Shown: positions 37,005 to 51,224, numbered from the stretch's first letter. The stretch is DNA of 64,000 nt from Octopus sinensis (GCF_006345805.1 NC_043006.1:2480001-2544000), one strand, 5' to 3'. The notes: generated by a model from the sequence alone, not told the origin. Numbers and translations are program-made.

Positions 37005-37447
37005 ATGCTAGCAGAAACATTAGCACGCCAGGTGAAATACTTAGTGGTATTTTGTCTGTCTTTACATTCTGAGTTCAAATTCCGCTGAGGTCAACTTTGC
37101 CTTTCATTCTTTCAAGGTTGATAAATTAAGTACCAGTTGCATACTGGAGTTGATCTAATTGACTGGCCCCCTCCCCACAAATTTTGGTCCTTGTGCTTAG
37201 AGTAGAAAAGAATATTTTGTCTTTGCTGAAGGTGCCAAGCTGGCAGAATCATTAGCATGCTGGGTAGACTGCTTAGCAGCATTTCATCCATTGTTACATT
37301 GTGAGTTCAAATTCTGGTGAGGTTAACTTTACCTTTCATCCTTTGGCGGGGGCCAATAAAATAATTACCAGTTCAGAACTGGGCTTGATGAAATTGACTT
37401 AACCCTTACCCCAAAATTGCTGGCCCCATACCAAAATTTGAAACCAA
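37005..37447 (+). mobile_element. Two adjacent SINE B copies (alternative 3' tail)
   Basis: Two heads (37005, 37230), each ending in a CCCC..AAAATT..GG(T/C)C..(T/A)CCAAAATTTGAAA-type tail. Confidence 0.8.
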
Positions 37448-38084
37448 TATTGTCTTTGCTGACTGGCACCTGGGCTGTACCCTTGAATTTTGTTCCACAG
37501 AAAAATTGCTTGTTTTGAAAATGGGTGTCATTTTTTTTTTAACCAATTTAAAAATGGATGTACAGAAATACTTTGACATACCAAATATTTCCACACACTC
37601 TAACACTAATTTCTGCCCATGTAATGAGGGATGATACTGAACTAAACTGTATTCTATTCCTCTTACCACCAACCTTATGATCTTTACATCTGGCCACAAC
37701 ATCACAGTCTAATTTCAGAAACCTTATTAAGACACTGTTGAAAGTTTAGAAGGTCAACGGCATTAATTTCTGACTTAGTGTTTGCTGTTGAGGTTTCCAG
37801 ATGCTTAGAGCTCAGAAGAAGGAATTGCTTCACATGCTAGATGCACCTGCAGCGCCAAATATCATTGATTCTCATCAGTTGCTATATGGTGAAAGCATTG
37901 TTTTACTCAACCATCTCAAAATCTGCTGTATGAGGGGTGGGGTGAGGGTGGGGGCTGAAAAGTTCCTGGCTTTAAGAACTGCAAAAGGCCTAGTTCTTTT
38001 GCAGGCCTTAGAAAAAAATTAAGGACCACTGCAATAAGAGTGAATCTGAGAAAGGAATATATCATCAGCATCATCATTATCAGT

Positions 38085-38270
38085 CATCAATTAACATCCT
38101 CTTTCCATGCTGGCATGGGTTGGACAGTTTGACAGGAGCTGACGAGCCAGAATGGATTGCACTAAGCTCTGTTGTTAGCCTTGGCATGGTCTCTACAACT
38201 GGATGCCCTTCTTAAAGGCAACCACTTTACAGAGTGTACAGGGTACATTTTTATGTGGCACCAGCATCAG
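38085..38270 (-). mobile_element. RTE 3' UTR fragment
   Basis: TTAACATCC..TTTCCATGCTGGCATGGGTTGGAC..CTGGATGCCCTTC. Confidence 0.75.
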
Positions 38271-38408
38271 TGAGATCACCAAGTAACTTGCAGGATGAAG
38301 ACCTGTCAAATGAGAGTGTGAGTGGTATTGAGGGAGGTGGCTTTGTGTCAGTTGATGAGAGGTTAAACTATGATAGAAGGACAGAATATAATAAATATAT
38401 ATATATGT

Positions 38409-38440
<32 letters not shown>

Positions 38441-38442
<2 letters not shown>

Positions 38443-38597
38443 GACGGGGTGGTTGAAAAGTTCCTGGCTTTAAGGGCATCGTGAAAGGCCTGTGTGAATC
38501 AGTGAGGGGGAGGAATATGTTGGATAAAATCCTAATTAACTGATCCTCCTGTATCTTCTTTTAGCCAAAGCCAGGAACTTTTCTGCTCCCCATCATA
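38441..38597. mobile_element. Tc1/mariner-type MITE
   Basis: TA-flanked TIRs GGGGTGGTTGAAAAGTTCCTGGCTTT / AAAGCCAGGAACTTTTCTGCTCCCC. Confidence 0.75.
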
Positions 38598-38679
38598 AAC
38601 TAAGCTTTGAAAACTTACACAACACTGAAGACGTGTAATTTATATGCATTGCTTGCTGTTTTATGGAAATAGGTACCAG

Positions 38680-38850
38680 CATGGCTGTGTGGTTAAGAAG
38701 GTTGCTTTGTAACCATATAGTTTCAGGTTCTGTCCCACTGCTCTGCACATTGAGCAAGTGTTTTCTACTATAGACCCAGGCTGACCAATGTCTAATGACT
38801 AGATGTGGTACATGAAAACTGTATGGAAGCTCATCACATGTATGCATGTA

Positions 38851-38940
<90 letters not shown>

Positions 38941-39130
38941 TTTGAGTTAGCATTTGTCTGCCACCCTATTCCAACCTCCTGGCAGTTGGTGTTGGTTTGT
39001 TTCTGTTCCTGTAACTTAGTGGTTTGGTAAAAGAGACTGATAGAATAAATACCAGACCCTAAAAATTGAGTACTGGGGTTAATATGTTTGACCAAAACCC
39101 TTCAAGATGGTACCCCAGCATGACCACAGT
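38680..39130 (+). mobile_element. SINE family A with expanded internal (GT)n
   Basis: Head GCATGGCTGTGTGGTTAAGAAG, ~90-bp GT tract, 3' half to CCCAGCATGACCACAGTC. Confidence 0.85.
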
Positions 39131-39399
39131 CTGATTTCAGGTCACTGAGCAAACTATGAAGAAAGAAAAAGCTTTCAGCTTCAAAATACATTTGGATGTT
39201 TCAGCCTTGAAATGCTTATGGGAAGTTAATCTAGGACAGCCCCATTCCAGTATGAAGTGAACCTAAATGTTGCACAAAGACCTGATTATTGAAAAACATC
39301 TGGTTCTGGGGAATATGAAGATCATCAGTGGTTGTGACTGAACCCTCAAATCTGCAGAGTTCTGGCTGTGTTTAACCAGGAACCGTGAAAATATGTCTT

Positions 39400-39612
39400 T
39401 CGCATTTAGATTACTCTGTCAAATGTTATGTTTATTTATTCCCATTGTTTTGGATTAATCGAGCATTGTCTTGCAGTTTTGAGGCTTTGATGAAGTGATT
39501 GTTAATTTTTAGAATGACATTGTAGGATAGATGTGAGAGGCCAGATCCAGCTGGTTTGAAAATAAAACAGGTAGAATATTTGGGCCAGATATGGCCAATT
39601 TAAATGCTAAGG
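39400..39612. mobile_element. piggyBac-type MITE body, ends eroded
   Basis: Homologous to the MITE bodies at 20639-21086 and 46134-49681. Confidence 0.6.
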
Positions 39613-41055
39613 CATGAATACAAATGAACCAATGAGAAATAATTTCGTCTTGCTTGAGCTTCTCTTAGCTTCCTCTCCAACTTAGTTTGCTGTGGATATT
39701 TACATTTCCATGCTTACTTTCAAAGATTTACATTCAATAGCACTGTCGTCTCTGGACCAACACAATGCAAAGAAAAGAAACTCTTGAGCAATCATTTGTA
39801 ACTCTAGAAGCTGTCTTTTGTCTGGGTGTGTGTCTATATACAAAAAAACACATGTACAGAGATTTTTAAAATTCATATTTGTTAGTAATGGCAGAACTCC
39901 AGTATGGCCATAGCCTGTTGCTGGAACATGCAACATTAAAAAAAGAATGGAAAACAACTACCCTGGGCTAAATTTCCCCCCCCCCATATTCCTTCACTGA
40001 TGTTTGTATCTGCATGGTATATATTATATATTTCTCATTCAAAATGCATTTGTCTTTAGCCTTCGTTTTGCACATGTACTAGATACCGGGGGGGGGGGTG
40101 GAGGTAGGGGGACATTAACCATATGAAAGCTGAGAAAAAGTAGGTAAGCGGCGGTGGGGTGGGGGGAGTGCCGGTGTCATTCAAGAGAGTAAATAATGTT
40201 AATGGCACAGGGAGGGTTAATGTAAATAAGGTGTGATAATAGGAAATGCTATTGTTGGCCAAAGCTGCTCTTATGGCAGGTTTGGTATTTTATATGGGGT
40301 AGGAAGCAGAAAATCACCAGAAAATCATCCCCCACTCCTTTTTGGATAAAGACATTTTGTTTTATGCCACATTCTCTGTCTATCCAACTTTATGTGTGTT
40401 TGCCTAACATCTTAATTATGTGTGTGTGTGCGTGTGTGCGTGTGTGCGTGTGTGTGTGCGTGTGTGTGCGTGTGTGCGTATGTGCGTGTGTGTGTGTGTG
40501 TATTGCCCTTGAAATCTGTCTGCAGCTATAAAATAAATTTTTTGTTTTTGATTGTTATTATGTGTATGTGTCTTATCTGAAGACAACTGAAATAAGCAAT
40601 TTGTTAATATAGTAACTTGTATCCCCCACCCTGCTCACTGCCCCCCCTCTTACTATGGTTTATAATTAGCAACTAAGTGGAGTGAGGAACAGCAGTGCTT
40701 CTTCTTATCAGACAGCAATGCCTACTATTTTGCTCTTGTTATATTATACTCACTCAACCATTGTTATTGCCTGATAGGGAATATTAACCATTGCTCTTAC
40801 CACGATAGTGGTTTATGTCTAAATAATTTATAGTGCTAACAATATTTCTGTCATACAGAATAATATTTGGCAGGCGGTACAGCTAGTTTATTTATTTGTT
40901 GCTTACGCTTAAGATAAGCAATGGACTGGGATTGTATGCTTTTCGTACTTGTGTGAATAATGGGTGTAAGTTAAATGAAATGATTATCAAGAATTGAAAT
41001 TGGGTTGTGGATTTGGTTAGTTGGCTGCTTGCTTCACTCTATGGTGAAAGAATAT

Positions 41056-41288
41056 TAACCCCTTTGATGCCAACCTGCCTGAGATCACCATCTGTTTCTA
41101 TGACACAAACTTACAGTTTTAAAGTGACTTAAATCAAAATTTTCCATCAAAATTCTATGTTAATTTGTTTTAGATGCCAGCTTAAAAATAACAAAGTTCT
41201 TTTACTAAATTCTTCATTATTTTAAAAGTGAACGAAAACTAAAAGCAGTGTTTTTTTTTTTAACAGAAATAGGGTAATGAAAAGGTTA
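41056..41288. mobile_element. piggyBac-type MITE (family of 26929, opposite orientation)
   Basis: TTAA|CCCCTTTGATGCCAACC ... GGTAATGAAAAGG|TTAA. Confidence 0.65.
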
Positions 41289-41699
41289 AAGCATTTCCCT
41301 ATTATCTACATTGAGCACCAGTTATCAGCAAGTTGAACATTTTTTTTTCTCAATCTGAAATTATTATTGTCATTGGTTTCTTTAAGAAAAACATGGCCAT
41401 CATACAACTGTCTTCTCCTACCTTATAAATTTGAAGCATTTGTATCATATCTGAAAACCTTTACTTGATCTGATTCCTGGTTGGAGCCATTCCTCAACAC
41501 TTTAGTCACTAATGTTTTGGGGAATGAAATAACTTCCAAATCTCTTAAGTTTTTCAGGTTTCACACCTCTGTAGGACTTGTTATTCAGTCTGTTGCTAGC
41601 CTGCTGTAATAAGATGCTTTAATGTATGATGTTTGGGGCTTCATTTCCCTTTCCTCTGCTCAAGTACTAATAAGATGATGATGTTAGATTAGGCAATCC

Positions 41700-42360
41700 C
41701 TGTCCCAGAAGACATCGTCTCATCAAAATAACTGAAGAGAACAATGAGTTGGGGAGCGGAATGGAATGAATAAGATTATTGATCATTTCTGGCCTAGAAT
41801 TCTGTTGAATGCAAAGTTTATGGTTTTAGTCAAATTGCTTCAAAATAATTCAGTGCTTGTCATTAGAGTGGTAGAGAAGTACAGACCATGATTGCGGGCA
41901 TATCTGTCCTCAACAATTTCCATCTCATGTAATATGCTGCAGGGAGGGTAGCTAACAAACCTTGTTTTAGTAGGGCTCATACGAATTTGGATCAGTTGAA
42001 AGCTTTCAGTATAGTTGACCATTGTTGGTCAGCAGCTATCTTCAGTGACGCTAGCTTTGGTCCCATTTTCTGTGATTAGGCTGCTTCAATGTATAGAGGA
42101 GGCATCTGCTCAGTGGTCAGACTAAATGTCCACTTATCAGACCCCTTCTGCCTTACATTCTTGATCAGCCAGGACTGTCTTCTCTCATCAGTTTTGCATG
42201 TACCGTTGTACCATCACTGTTGCAACTGGAAGTGTTGAGGAACGTCTCATCTGAGCTGGGACATGAGAAAGCCATGTTGGCATGGATGGACAATATCACT
42301 TTGAAGATCGTTGAGATCGTTGAGATCGTTGCCATCATTCTTACATTGAACATACGTTAC
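41700..42360 (-). pseudogene. Possible very decayed LINE reverse transcriptase fragment
   Basis: Minus strand SDIVHPCQHGFL resembles RT domain 1 (I..Q.GF); later ILKAFN resembles D..KAFD. Many stops. Confidence 0.35.
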
Positions 42361-42724
42361 TCTCATCACTTAATACTGAATATTTTGATTTAATATAAGA
42401 CACATCTACTACCATATCTTCACAACCTATTTCTTACTATTATAACTTCTGATACTTTCAAGTTATGCATTTTATGGCTAATCTTCAGAGATCCTATGGT
42501 TTTGTTATAAATGCAGTGCTTAGATTGCAAAGGTGGCATCAATTATTAATAAAGTGGCTATAAACCCATCAATCTGGCATAAGTTAATTTTATTGTATCT
42601 TTACAGAAGCCAGTTACAGGACTTCTTCTCATTTCACTTAGAAAACATATTATTCTGCTGTTGAATTGTTTTAGAGAAGTGTAACCAGCTGCAATTGTCA
42701 ACTTTTGACCATTTAATTTCAGTA

Positions 42725-43100
42725 TCTTTTATCTTTTACTTGTTTCAGTCATTAGACTGTGGCCATGCTGGGGCATTGCCTTGAAGAATTTTTAGCCAAG
42801 TGTATCGACCCCAGGACTTAAATTTTAAAGCTTAGTACTTTTTCTATTGGTCTCTTTTTGTTGAACTGCTAAGTTATGGGGGATGTAAACTCACCAGCAC
42901 CGGTTATCAAGAGGTGGCAGAGTGATAGACACAAAGACACACACACACATGATGGGCTTCTTTCAGTTTCTGTCTACCAAATCCACTCACAAGGCTTTGG
43001 TAGGTCCAGGGATATAGTAGAAGACACTTGCCCAAGGTGTCATGTAGTGGAACGAAATCTGGAACCATGTGGTTGGGAGCTTCTTACCACACAGCCACAC
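42725..43100 (-). mobile_element. SINE family A
   Basis: Reverse complement head (TTACCACACAGCC) to tail (TTTTACTTGTTTCAGTC). Confidence 0.85.
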
Positions 43101-46100
43101 AGGCGTGGCTGTGGGGTAAGACTTTTAGAATGATCTCACTTGCATTTTTGCATCTGTTTTCTGATATTTTGGGATGTTATTTACAGATTTCATTGTTGTT
43201 TAAATTGCAATTCTTTTCTTCCTTGAAACAAATATCCCATAAATTGTTTTTAATGTATGAATTGATATAAATGTTGTGCAAATTTATTGTTGATAATTTC
43301 TAATTTGTTGAAGTTGAATAAATACTTCTACTTTTCACGTGATAGTAGAATCACGGCCCCGACGTTGTACTGTTTTCACTATATGTACAGTCTCTCTTCT
43401 AACAAATCCTCACTATATTTTTAAAGAAGGTGTTAACGTATTAATTTCTACTTCTTTTGATTCAACCTTGCACTATTATATATCACTTCATATCATGTAA
43501 AATAATTATCTTAAATCTAAACTGATTAAATATCAATGAATTATCATTTATTTGGTTGGTATAGGACACTATTTAAGTCTCTTCATTACTTTGAAGATTT
43601 TAATATCGCCGTGTAGTTTTCTTGATTGTTAACATCATTGATCTTTCAATGACATATAGCTTAATTCACTGAAGATTTAAAGGATTTGTGCTTTGATTCT
43701 ATGTATGTCCTTTGCAGTTATAGTTTCTAAGATTACGTATTGTACTCTAGATGTTGTCCTATGGTTTTGATGAACATAGTTCATAATAAAATCCTAATTG
43801 TTGTTTTTGCTTTCTTTTAAAGTTTAGAAATTCATTAATGATACATCCAAATCATATCCTTCTTTTGTTGGGGGTCTAAAACTAATCAATAAAGTCATTA
43901 TATCTGGAATTACAGTTCAAGTAAAAAAATTTTCATCTGGAGACATTAACGCTTCAGTAATTTTTTCCAGTTGTAAATGTACCATTTTAAAACAAGAGCA
44001 GCATGCAACCAAAGCCAACACAATCACTTATCAACAAAGAGCGCTCTGAGTGAATGGACATGTTTAATGCAGTTGGGGCCACATTCCAACAACTGGCCCT
44101 TCTTTTCAGGGCTGGAAGATATTTCAGCACCCAACAAAGATCAGGTGAGGCCCACAATGGAATATCTCTTTCAAATCTGAGATGGTGGTGGTGGTGGTGC
44201 TGCTGCACACACAGACATCCTTATACAGAAATGAACCACATGAATAATAACGATCCTTCATGTAGCCTATTTCTTTATGTGGCTTAGTATGAAAATTACT
44301 TACAGACACATTGTAGCCTCTAGCCCACAAAATTGCTGCCCCTTCTCTCTGCTTTTCCGACAGCTACTGTGGTGGCCTTCGGTTCTCAGAGCTAGCTGGA
44401 CTTCAACTGTTTGCTCACTTGTCTCTCTTCCACTCATCACTTTCTTGTGTCCAACCCTGCATCCCCCACTCAAACTACCCCACCCAGACCTTCCTTCCTT
44501 CCTTCCTTCCTTCCCAGATCATTGGCCTTCTGAAACTCCTTCCCTTCATTTGTTGTTCCTGCAGATGGTGACTTGTAATGGTGTAAGCGAAGTGTTAACG
44601 TGGCATTAATCATACAGGTCCCAGAAGGTCTGCAAAGGACAGAGGCACATCTACTTCTTCCAAAACCTAACAAGCAAACCAAGGACGCCTAAGATGAGAT
44701 TTGGTGGGATCGGCTTCTTTATTCTCTGAAACTTAATAGTCTATTGTGCAAGCATGGAAAATTGGAGGAGGAGGAGGAGGAGGGGGAGGAGGAAAGTGAT
44801 GATGATGATGATGATGGAGTAGTAGTATTAGTATATTGAGCTTTGCTTTGAAATCATTTTGGAAGCATAACTCAGCTGTATGAGCATCTGCTCCAACAAC
44901 AACAACAAAGGGATTGTAATTTCTCCCTGATTGCTGTCATTGAATGTTTTGTTCACTCAGCTGCCAGTGTTTACTCAGGCTGTTAATGTAGCAGTAACTA
45001 AGTTAGTGTTAATATATTTAATGTAGTGAGCATAAAAAAGCCAATTAAAAATAATTATGCAGTATAATTTTCCTCATTGATTTAATTTTAAATTTGATCC
45101 TTTTTACAGCTACTCATGTTTAGCAAATACATTGAAGTCTTTGGCTTTGCTGAAGAGATCGAATAAACTGACTCCTGCATTTGCTGAAGTGATTGAAATA
45201 ATATTATTGAGCTAATATTGCTATAGACAGATCTGAAATCAACAGACATTTTATTAGTCTACCTCCATACACTCTGCATTTGAAGTAAATAATAATGTGC
45301 ATGAGCGTGCATGTGCGTGCACACACACGTATACACATACACATGCACACATGAATGCACCCACATACACACATGCTCATATTTTCTTATTTGAGTGCAA
45401 TTCAAGTTCTTCATTGTCTAAAGATATAATTTGAAGCAGGGTAAAATATAAGAGGAAGAGACGTAAAATACTTGAATGAAGAGAAATATTCTTGAAAGCA
45501 ATATAAATATTGGAGGACCTTTTGCTTTAACAAGAAATTATAATTATGTAAACACATTCTTTCTATGCTTTTAATGTGCAGAAAAACAGTGACAGAGTCC
45601 CCTGATAATGTGTTTCACAGGTTGTTCACCATTCCTCAAAAGAGAAGTACCTGACTTCCTTCTCCAATTCTAGCATGGAATATTTACAGTGATATGAAGT
45701 AGCCAGGAATTAAGCTGTTACTTAAGTGGATCCCTTAATTTCATATTTGTACTTTAGAGGGTTCATCATTAATTAAACATTAAATACTTTATGCAAAATA
45801 CAGAAGGACTGAAATAATCACAGCAAACAGCTTTCTTCACATTTAATTTATTTCAGTACTTCTGATTTATGCTGTGCTGTGCATAAAATATATTTTGTTT
45901 AATCAATGGCAAGCTGTTCAAAGCAATGTAAGCTATCCTGTATGGTAATAGATTATTGTAAGTATAAAACTTTTTCTTTGGTGTTTAGTAATGAAGATTG
46001 TAAGGTCCCAAATCTGCAAATTTACTTTTTTTTTTTATTAGCTAAAGGTGGAGGAAGAAGCAGTACCTGTGGCCTATGGCCTTCATAGGTCCCTTGAGAC

Positions 46101-46268
46101 TAATGAGATTGTTATCATTGATATTTCTCTTAACCCTTTAACAGCCATATCAGGCTCAATATTCTACATGTTTTATGTTCAAACAGGCCAGATCTGGTCT
46201 CTCACACCTACCCTACATTATCATTCTAAAAATAAATGATCACATGATTAAAATATCACAATTATGCG

Positions 46269-49200
46269 AGTTATAATTCTTAAGATGCTGGATTGTTATA
46301 ATGCCCACTTCGGTATACAGTATACTTAGCAAAACCAGATAAGACACGACTATCTTTGACTGCCTACTCCCTTTACTTATAGTGACTAGGTTATTCCACT
46401 CGTCACATAGGAGGGGGTGTACCATTATTACTAATTCCATACAACATGTCCCCTTTTAAAATTTCTTAGGAAGTGTCATTTTATTTAGCAATAATTTTTT
46501 TATTCACTCCACCTCCCTTTTTAAGTTTTTTTCTTACATCATCATCATCATCATCATCATCGTCATCATTTAACGTCCGTTCTCCATGCTAGCATGGGTT
46601 GGACGGTTCGACTGGGGATCTGGGAAGCCAGAAGGCTGCACCAGGCTCCAGTCTGATCTGGCAGTGTTTCTACAGCTGGATGCCCTTCCTAACGCCAACC
46701 ACTCCGAGAATGTAGTGGGTGCATTTTACGTGCCACCTGCGCGGAAGCCAGTCAAGGCGGCGCTGGCATCGGCCACGTTCGGATGGTGCTTTTTACGTGC
46801 CACGGGCATGGAAGCCAGTGTAGGTTGCGCTGGCATCGGCCACGTTTGGATGGTGCTTTTTACGTGCCACCGGCACAGGTTTCACAACTGTAGTTTCCAT
46901 TGATCTTTGATGTTGGTGTCCTTGACTCAATGGATCTTCTCAAGCACAGGGTCAAAATGGTGTTTCTTTACTTGCCACCTGCACAGGAGTCAGTCCAGCG
47001 GCCCTGGCAACTTCCGGGTGCCAATCATAGGATTGGTTCAATTTCGAATTCGATTTCGACTTTGCTTGCCTCAACAGTTTAATATTTTTTTGTGCTTGGC
47101 ATCTATTTTCAGGAACTCTGTATGTTTTCTTTTCCTCTCGCTTGTATGCCTGGGTTCAATCCTCTGCAGTGGCATTGGTACTTGGAATGCATCATACAAC
47201 TATTCTATCAGTTCCTCCAACTTCTTTGGTTTGCTTTCCACAATTCTCTTTTACAGTTGGTTCTTGTGTCTCTTTTGTCTGCCTTTTCTGCTTTTTACCC
47301 AATACATCATTTTACCTATGCATTTGGTAATTACACCATCTCCCCAACTCTGCTTTCCATTCTTGTATGACCTCACACACCTTTTCACCAACTTGCTTGG
47401 TCTTTCCTGATACTTTTTCTTTTCTTGTCAGGTAGGAATTTATCAAAGACTGATTTTACTTTCTTTGCAAACATCAGCTCTGCTGGCAAACTACCTGCTG
47501 GTATTTGGATTTGGTGTCACATGGTACACACTTAAAAATTGGTTTAGTGCTACCTCATCTATGACTTCCTTCCTCATTCGATTTTCTTAAGGCTCTCTTG
47601 AAGGTATTGACAAAGCATTCTGTCCGTCCATTAGATCTGGGATGGTATGGCACAGTAGTTATATGTTCCACTGCAAATGTTTCACAAAATTTTAAAGATT
47701 CACTGGACACAAATTGTGTTCCATTGTCAGACACCATCTTGTCTGGGATGCCAAATCCTAAAAACAATTCATGTAAAAAATTTATCACAGTTGAGGAGGT
47801 TGGTTTTTTTCACTTACAAATTTCTAGCCATTTCGAGAAACTATCAACTACCACTAAGTAGTAAGAACCATTTAAAGACCAGCAAAATCAATGTGTAGTC
47901 TTGACCGTGGAACATCAACTTACAACTTACATTTTGGCTTACAAACAAGTGTTTCACTGTTTTACTGCAACTTTTTGTTCCCGTCCCTCAGCTGCACTCG
48001 AACCTTCGACTGAACTGACTATATTTCCACATGAAACACTTATGGATGTATTCCATACTTTGAATAATTCCATCCACTCTGTGCTGAATAAATTAAGTGA
48101 ACTTTTCAACACATTTATCTTTGCTTTTTTTGTTTGGCCTCAAAATGTTACACTACATATGAACTCACTGAAAACATATAATCTTTTCCCCTGTAAACAC
48201 CATGTGCTACCTTTTTAGATTTAATCAATTTCAGCTTACTGACATATTTCCACATTTTTTCCTTGATAATGATGATGTCACCACCAGTATCCAATTGCAT
48301 TTTAACATTTATATTTCTGATTTTCACCATCACAAATTTTCTCATCGTTATATTGCTGATTTCTTCTGATGACATACTATTTGTTCTTTTTCCTTTGTTC
48401 TGACGTTTTATCGTCTTTGTTCCACAGTGCGTCTTTATATGTCTTATATTACCACAATGAATGCACTCCGCTTTGTTAAATGGACAAGTTTTCCTCAGGT
48501 GTATACCTCCACAAGCAAAACAGGTTTATTTCCTGATTTTTGTCATGTTTTTAGAAAACACTTTATCCCAGTTCTGACTATTTTGCACTTGTTTTACGTG
48601 GAAACAATCTTTCTGTTCAGTTTTCCTCTGTGTTGTGTTTTAATTTGACTTTCCTTTCACATTCTTCTGACACTTGCTGTAGAGTTACATTCTGGTTTTG
48701 TTCCAGCTTTGCAAGAATTCTAGTTCTAACTTCTGCATCCTTTTCAGCAGTAAGTCCTTGTGTAAAAACCAGACATTTGAACAAATCTGGTATCAGTTTG
48801 TCCAGCTTGAACTCCTTGCATTCCCTGCTAACTCTACCAGAATGTGTGATGTAGGCCTCGTTGTTGTTGTTTTTCTCTATATTCAGACACTTCCAACATG
48901 TGTTGGACAATGGACTTTTTCCACTAAAAAAATTTACACAATATATCTATTGTGTCATTAAAGTTTATGTCAGAAGGTTTTCTCAGGAGTGCATAATAGC
49001 TGTAATGCTCATGTTCTGCTGCCGCCAGTTTTCTCATCATTAAACACGTTTTCATGTTGTCGTCCCAATTTTTACATTCTTTCTCAAACATTTGCTCATA
49101 TCTTCTGTTGTATGCTTCGAAGGTAACTCCTTCGTCTGGTTCATATTTGAACTCTGTTATTGAGTTCTGGCAAGAACATTTTCCCTGAATTTCCTGATGA

Positions 49201-49604
49201 CTTCATTAATTGCAGCTTTTGTTGTTGTAAAATTAAATGTTGTTGTTGTTGTTGCTTCTGTAGTTGTTCTTGCAGTTGAATCTGCTGCTTTTGTTGTTTT
49301 TGCAACTTGAGCAAACCAACCAACAAATTTTCCTTAATTTTTAATATTTCTTTTCGTAAAGTTCACACATAAACTTTGTGAGTTGTTAACTCCTTGTGAG
49401 TTGTTAAATCCTCGTCACCACTGTTACACTCCTTAAATGTTGGATTGTTGTAACGGTCGCTTCAGTATACAGTATACTTAGTAAAACCAGTAAAGACATG
49501 ACTGTCTCTGACCTGCTGCAACGTACTCTCTTTACTTACAGCGACTTGGTTATTCCATTCATCACGTGAGAGGGGTGTACCATTTTAACTAATTCCCTAC
49601 AACA
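46269..49604 (-). mobile_element. Ty3/Gypsy LTR retrotransposon, internally deleted (gag-PR-IN, no RT/RNase H)
   Basis: LTRs 49422-49604 and 46269-46446; PBS TGGTGACGAGG (49420-49410); PPT AAAAGGGGACA next to the 3' LTR; TSD ATGCG/ATGAG. Gag with poly-Q and knuckles CFACGGIHLRKTC / CIHCGNIRHIKTHC, protease LDTGG, integrase SRLHIDFAG..VSDNGTQF..PYHPRSNG. Confidence 0.9.
46538..47085 (-). mobile_element. RTE 3' UTR fragment nested in the Gypsy element
   Basis: (CAT)n-TTTAACGTCCG..CTGGATGCCCTTCCTAACGCCAACC; CpG-rich, so young. Confidence 0.85.
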
Positions 49605-50269
49605 ATGAGATAATGCATGATTAATTCAAAACAATATGAGTAAATAAGCATTAATTTGACAGTAATCTGAATGTTAAAGGGTTAAACCACTGCAAGTAAA
49701 CAACCCCAGGAAAGATATGTGCTGGTAGGGAATTCTATAGGGTTGAGCTTTTGAGAAAGAGGGCCTGATGAGAGACTGGGCATAATGTAGGTGACAGAAG
49801 GAATGTCAGTATACTGGACAGAGATATGAATGAGGGGTTAATAAGTTTGCTTCACAATTATAAGATCCTATGTTCCAGCTGATTGCCCTGTGTTGTATCT
49901 TAAATCTCTTTGTGATAGCTTTGGAGCAACAAATTCTTGTGAGTGAAATTAGGTAGACAAAAGCCATGTTGAAACTTGATGGATGGCCCTGAATGTGTAA
50001 TCTAAAGGTCTGGCTTTGTCACATCGTATCAGTTCTTTTTAATCTACTTGAGAATCAGATTCAGGGTAAATGTGTCTTTGAAATACTCAGCCATTTTGCG
50101 TACTAGATCAATGAGTAAGTTACTAAAACATCAAAATGTTTGATAACAACAGTAACCTATTGCAGTATAAAATATTTAAAGATTGTAAATCAGTCATTCT
50201 CAAGAAGGACACTCCTTCTCAATGTATTTCTCTATGGTAGTCTTGTGTTTAATATTTGGTACTTCTTAA

Positions 50270-50482
50270 GGCAATGAGCTGGCAGAATCATAAGCATGCC
50301 TGGCGAAATGCTTAGTGGCATTTCATCCATCTTTACATTCTGAGTTCAAATTCTGCCAAGGTTGACTTTGCCTTTCATCTCTTTGTGGTTGGTAAAATAA
50401 GTACCAGTTAAGTAATGGGGTTTATGTAATTGACTTACCCCATCCCCCAAAATTGCTGGCCTTGTGCCAAAATTTAAAGTCA
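50270..50482 (+). mobile_element. SINE family B (alternative tail)
   Basis: GAGCTGGCAGAATC..GAGTTCAAATTC..CCCCCAAAATTGCTGGCCTTGTGCC. Confidence 0.85.
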
Positions 50483-51224
50483 ATATTTGGTCCTTCTTCA
50501 GTTCCGTGCTGCCAGTTTATATGGTTTTGAAAATATACTCTAAGTAATGTGGTTGCAGTTGGGATGTGTCTCAGCTCCAAAGTCTCCATTCTGTCTTTCG
50601 AGAGAGTTTGTTGTCAGTGGAGGGCATTTTTGTTTCTCTCACTATTTGTTTCTAATGTTGAGTTTAAAAGTTGGTCTTTGTTATCTTTCATACATTACAC
50701 CATCAATCCATACACACACAGCCACATACACTCACACACGCACACGAACACACACACATACAGTACACATACATACACGGAGGGATAGTACTCCTACCCA
50801 TCTCTCTCATCTATCTATTTCTAGCCTTTCTGCTGTCATTATTTCCTATGTTAGCCCTCTCCTTTTCCATATGCCTTTGAGTTACTGATTACTTTATTGT
50901 TCATGCCTTGAGGAACTACAACCAATAAGGAGTTGGGGATAGGAAGAGTATCTAACTGTAGTAACATGGTCAAGATGACACATATGAGCAACAGTATTTA
51001 TTTGGAAGTAACTCTCAATGAGATAAGATGCTATGATAACCCATCAAACCCATACCAGCATGGAAAGTGGACCTAAAGTGATGATGCTGATGAACAGGAA
51101 CTAGGTAGTCATGCTCCTACTGGGGAATGTTTTTGAGATCTCATTTCATGGAAGCAATGCTGGGTTTGGTATGTGGAAAGAGTGGAAAAGCATATCATCG
51201 GCATATTATGAAAAAGAGTTGTCG

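Larger units (their letters stand above)
46130..49685. mobile_element. piggyBac-type MITE split by the Gypsy element
   Basis: TTAA|CCCTTT at 46130 and AAAGGG|TTAA at 49685. 46134-46268 plus 49605-49681 join into a body matching the reverse complement of 39400-39612. Confidence 0.75.
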
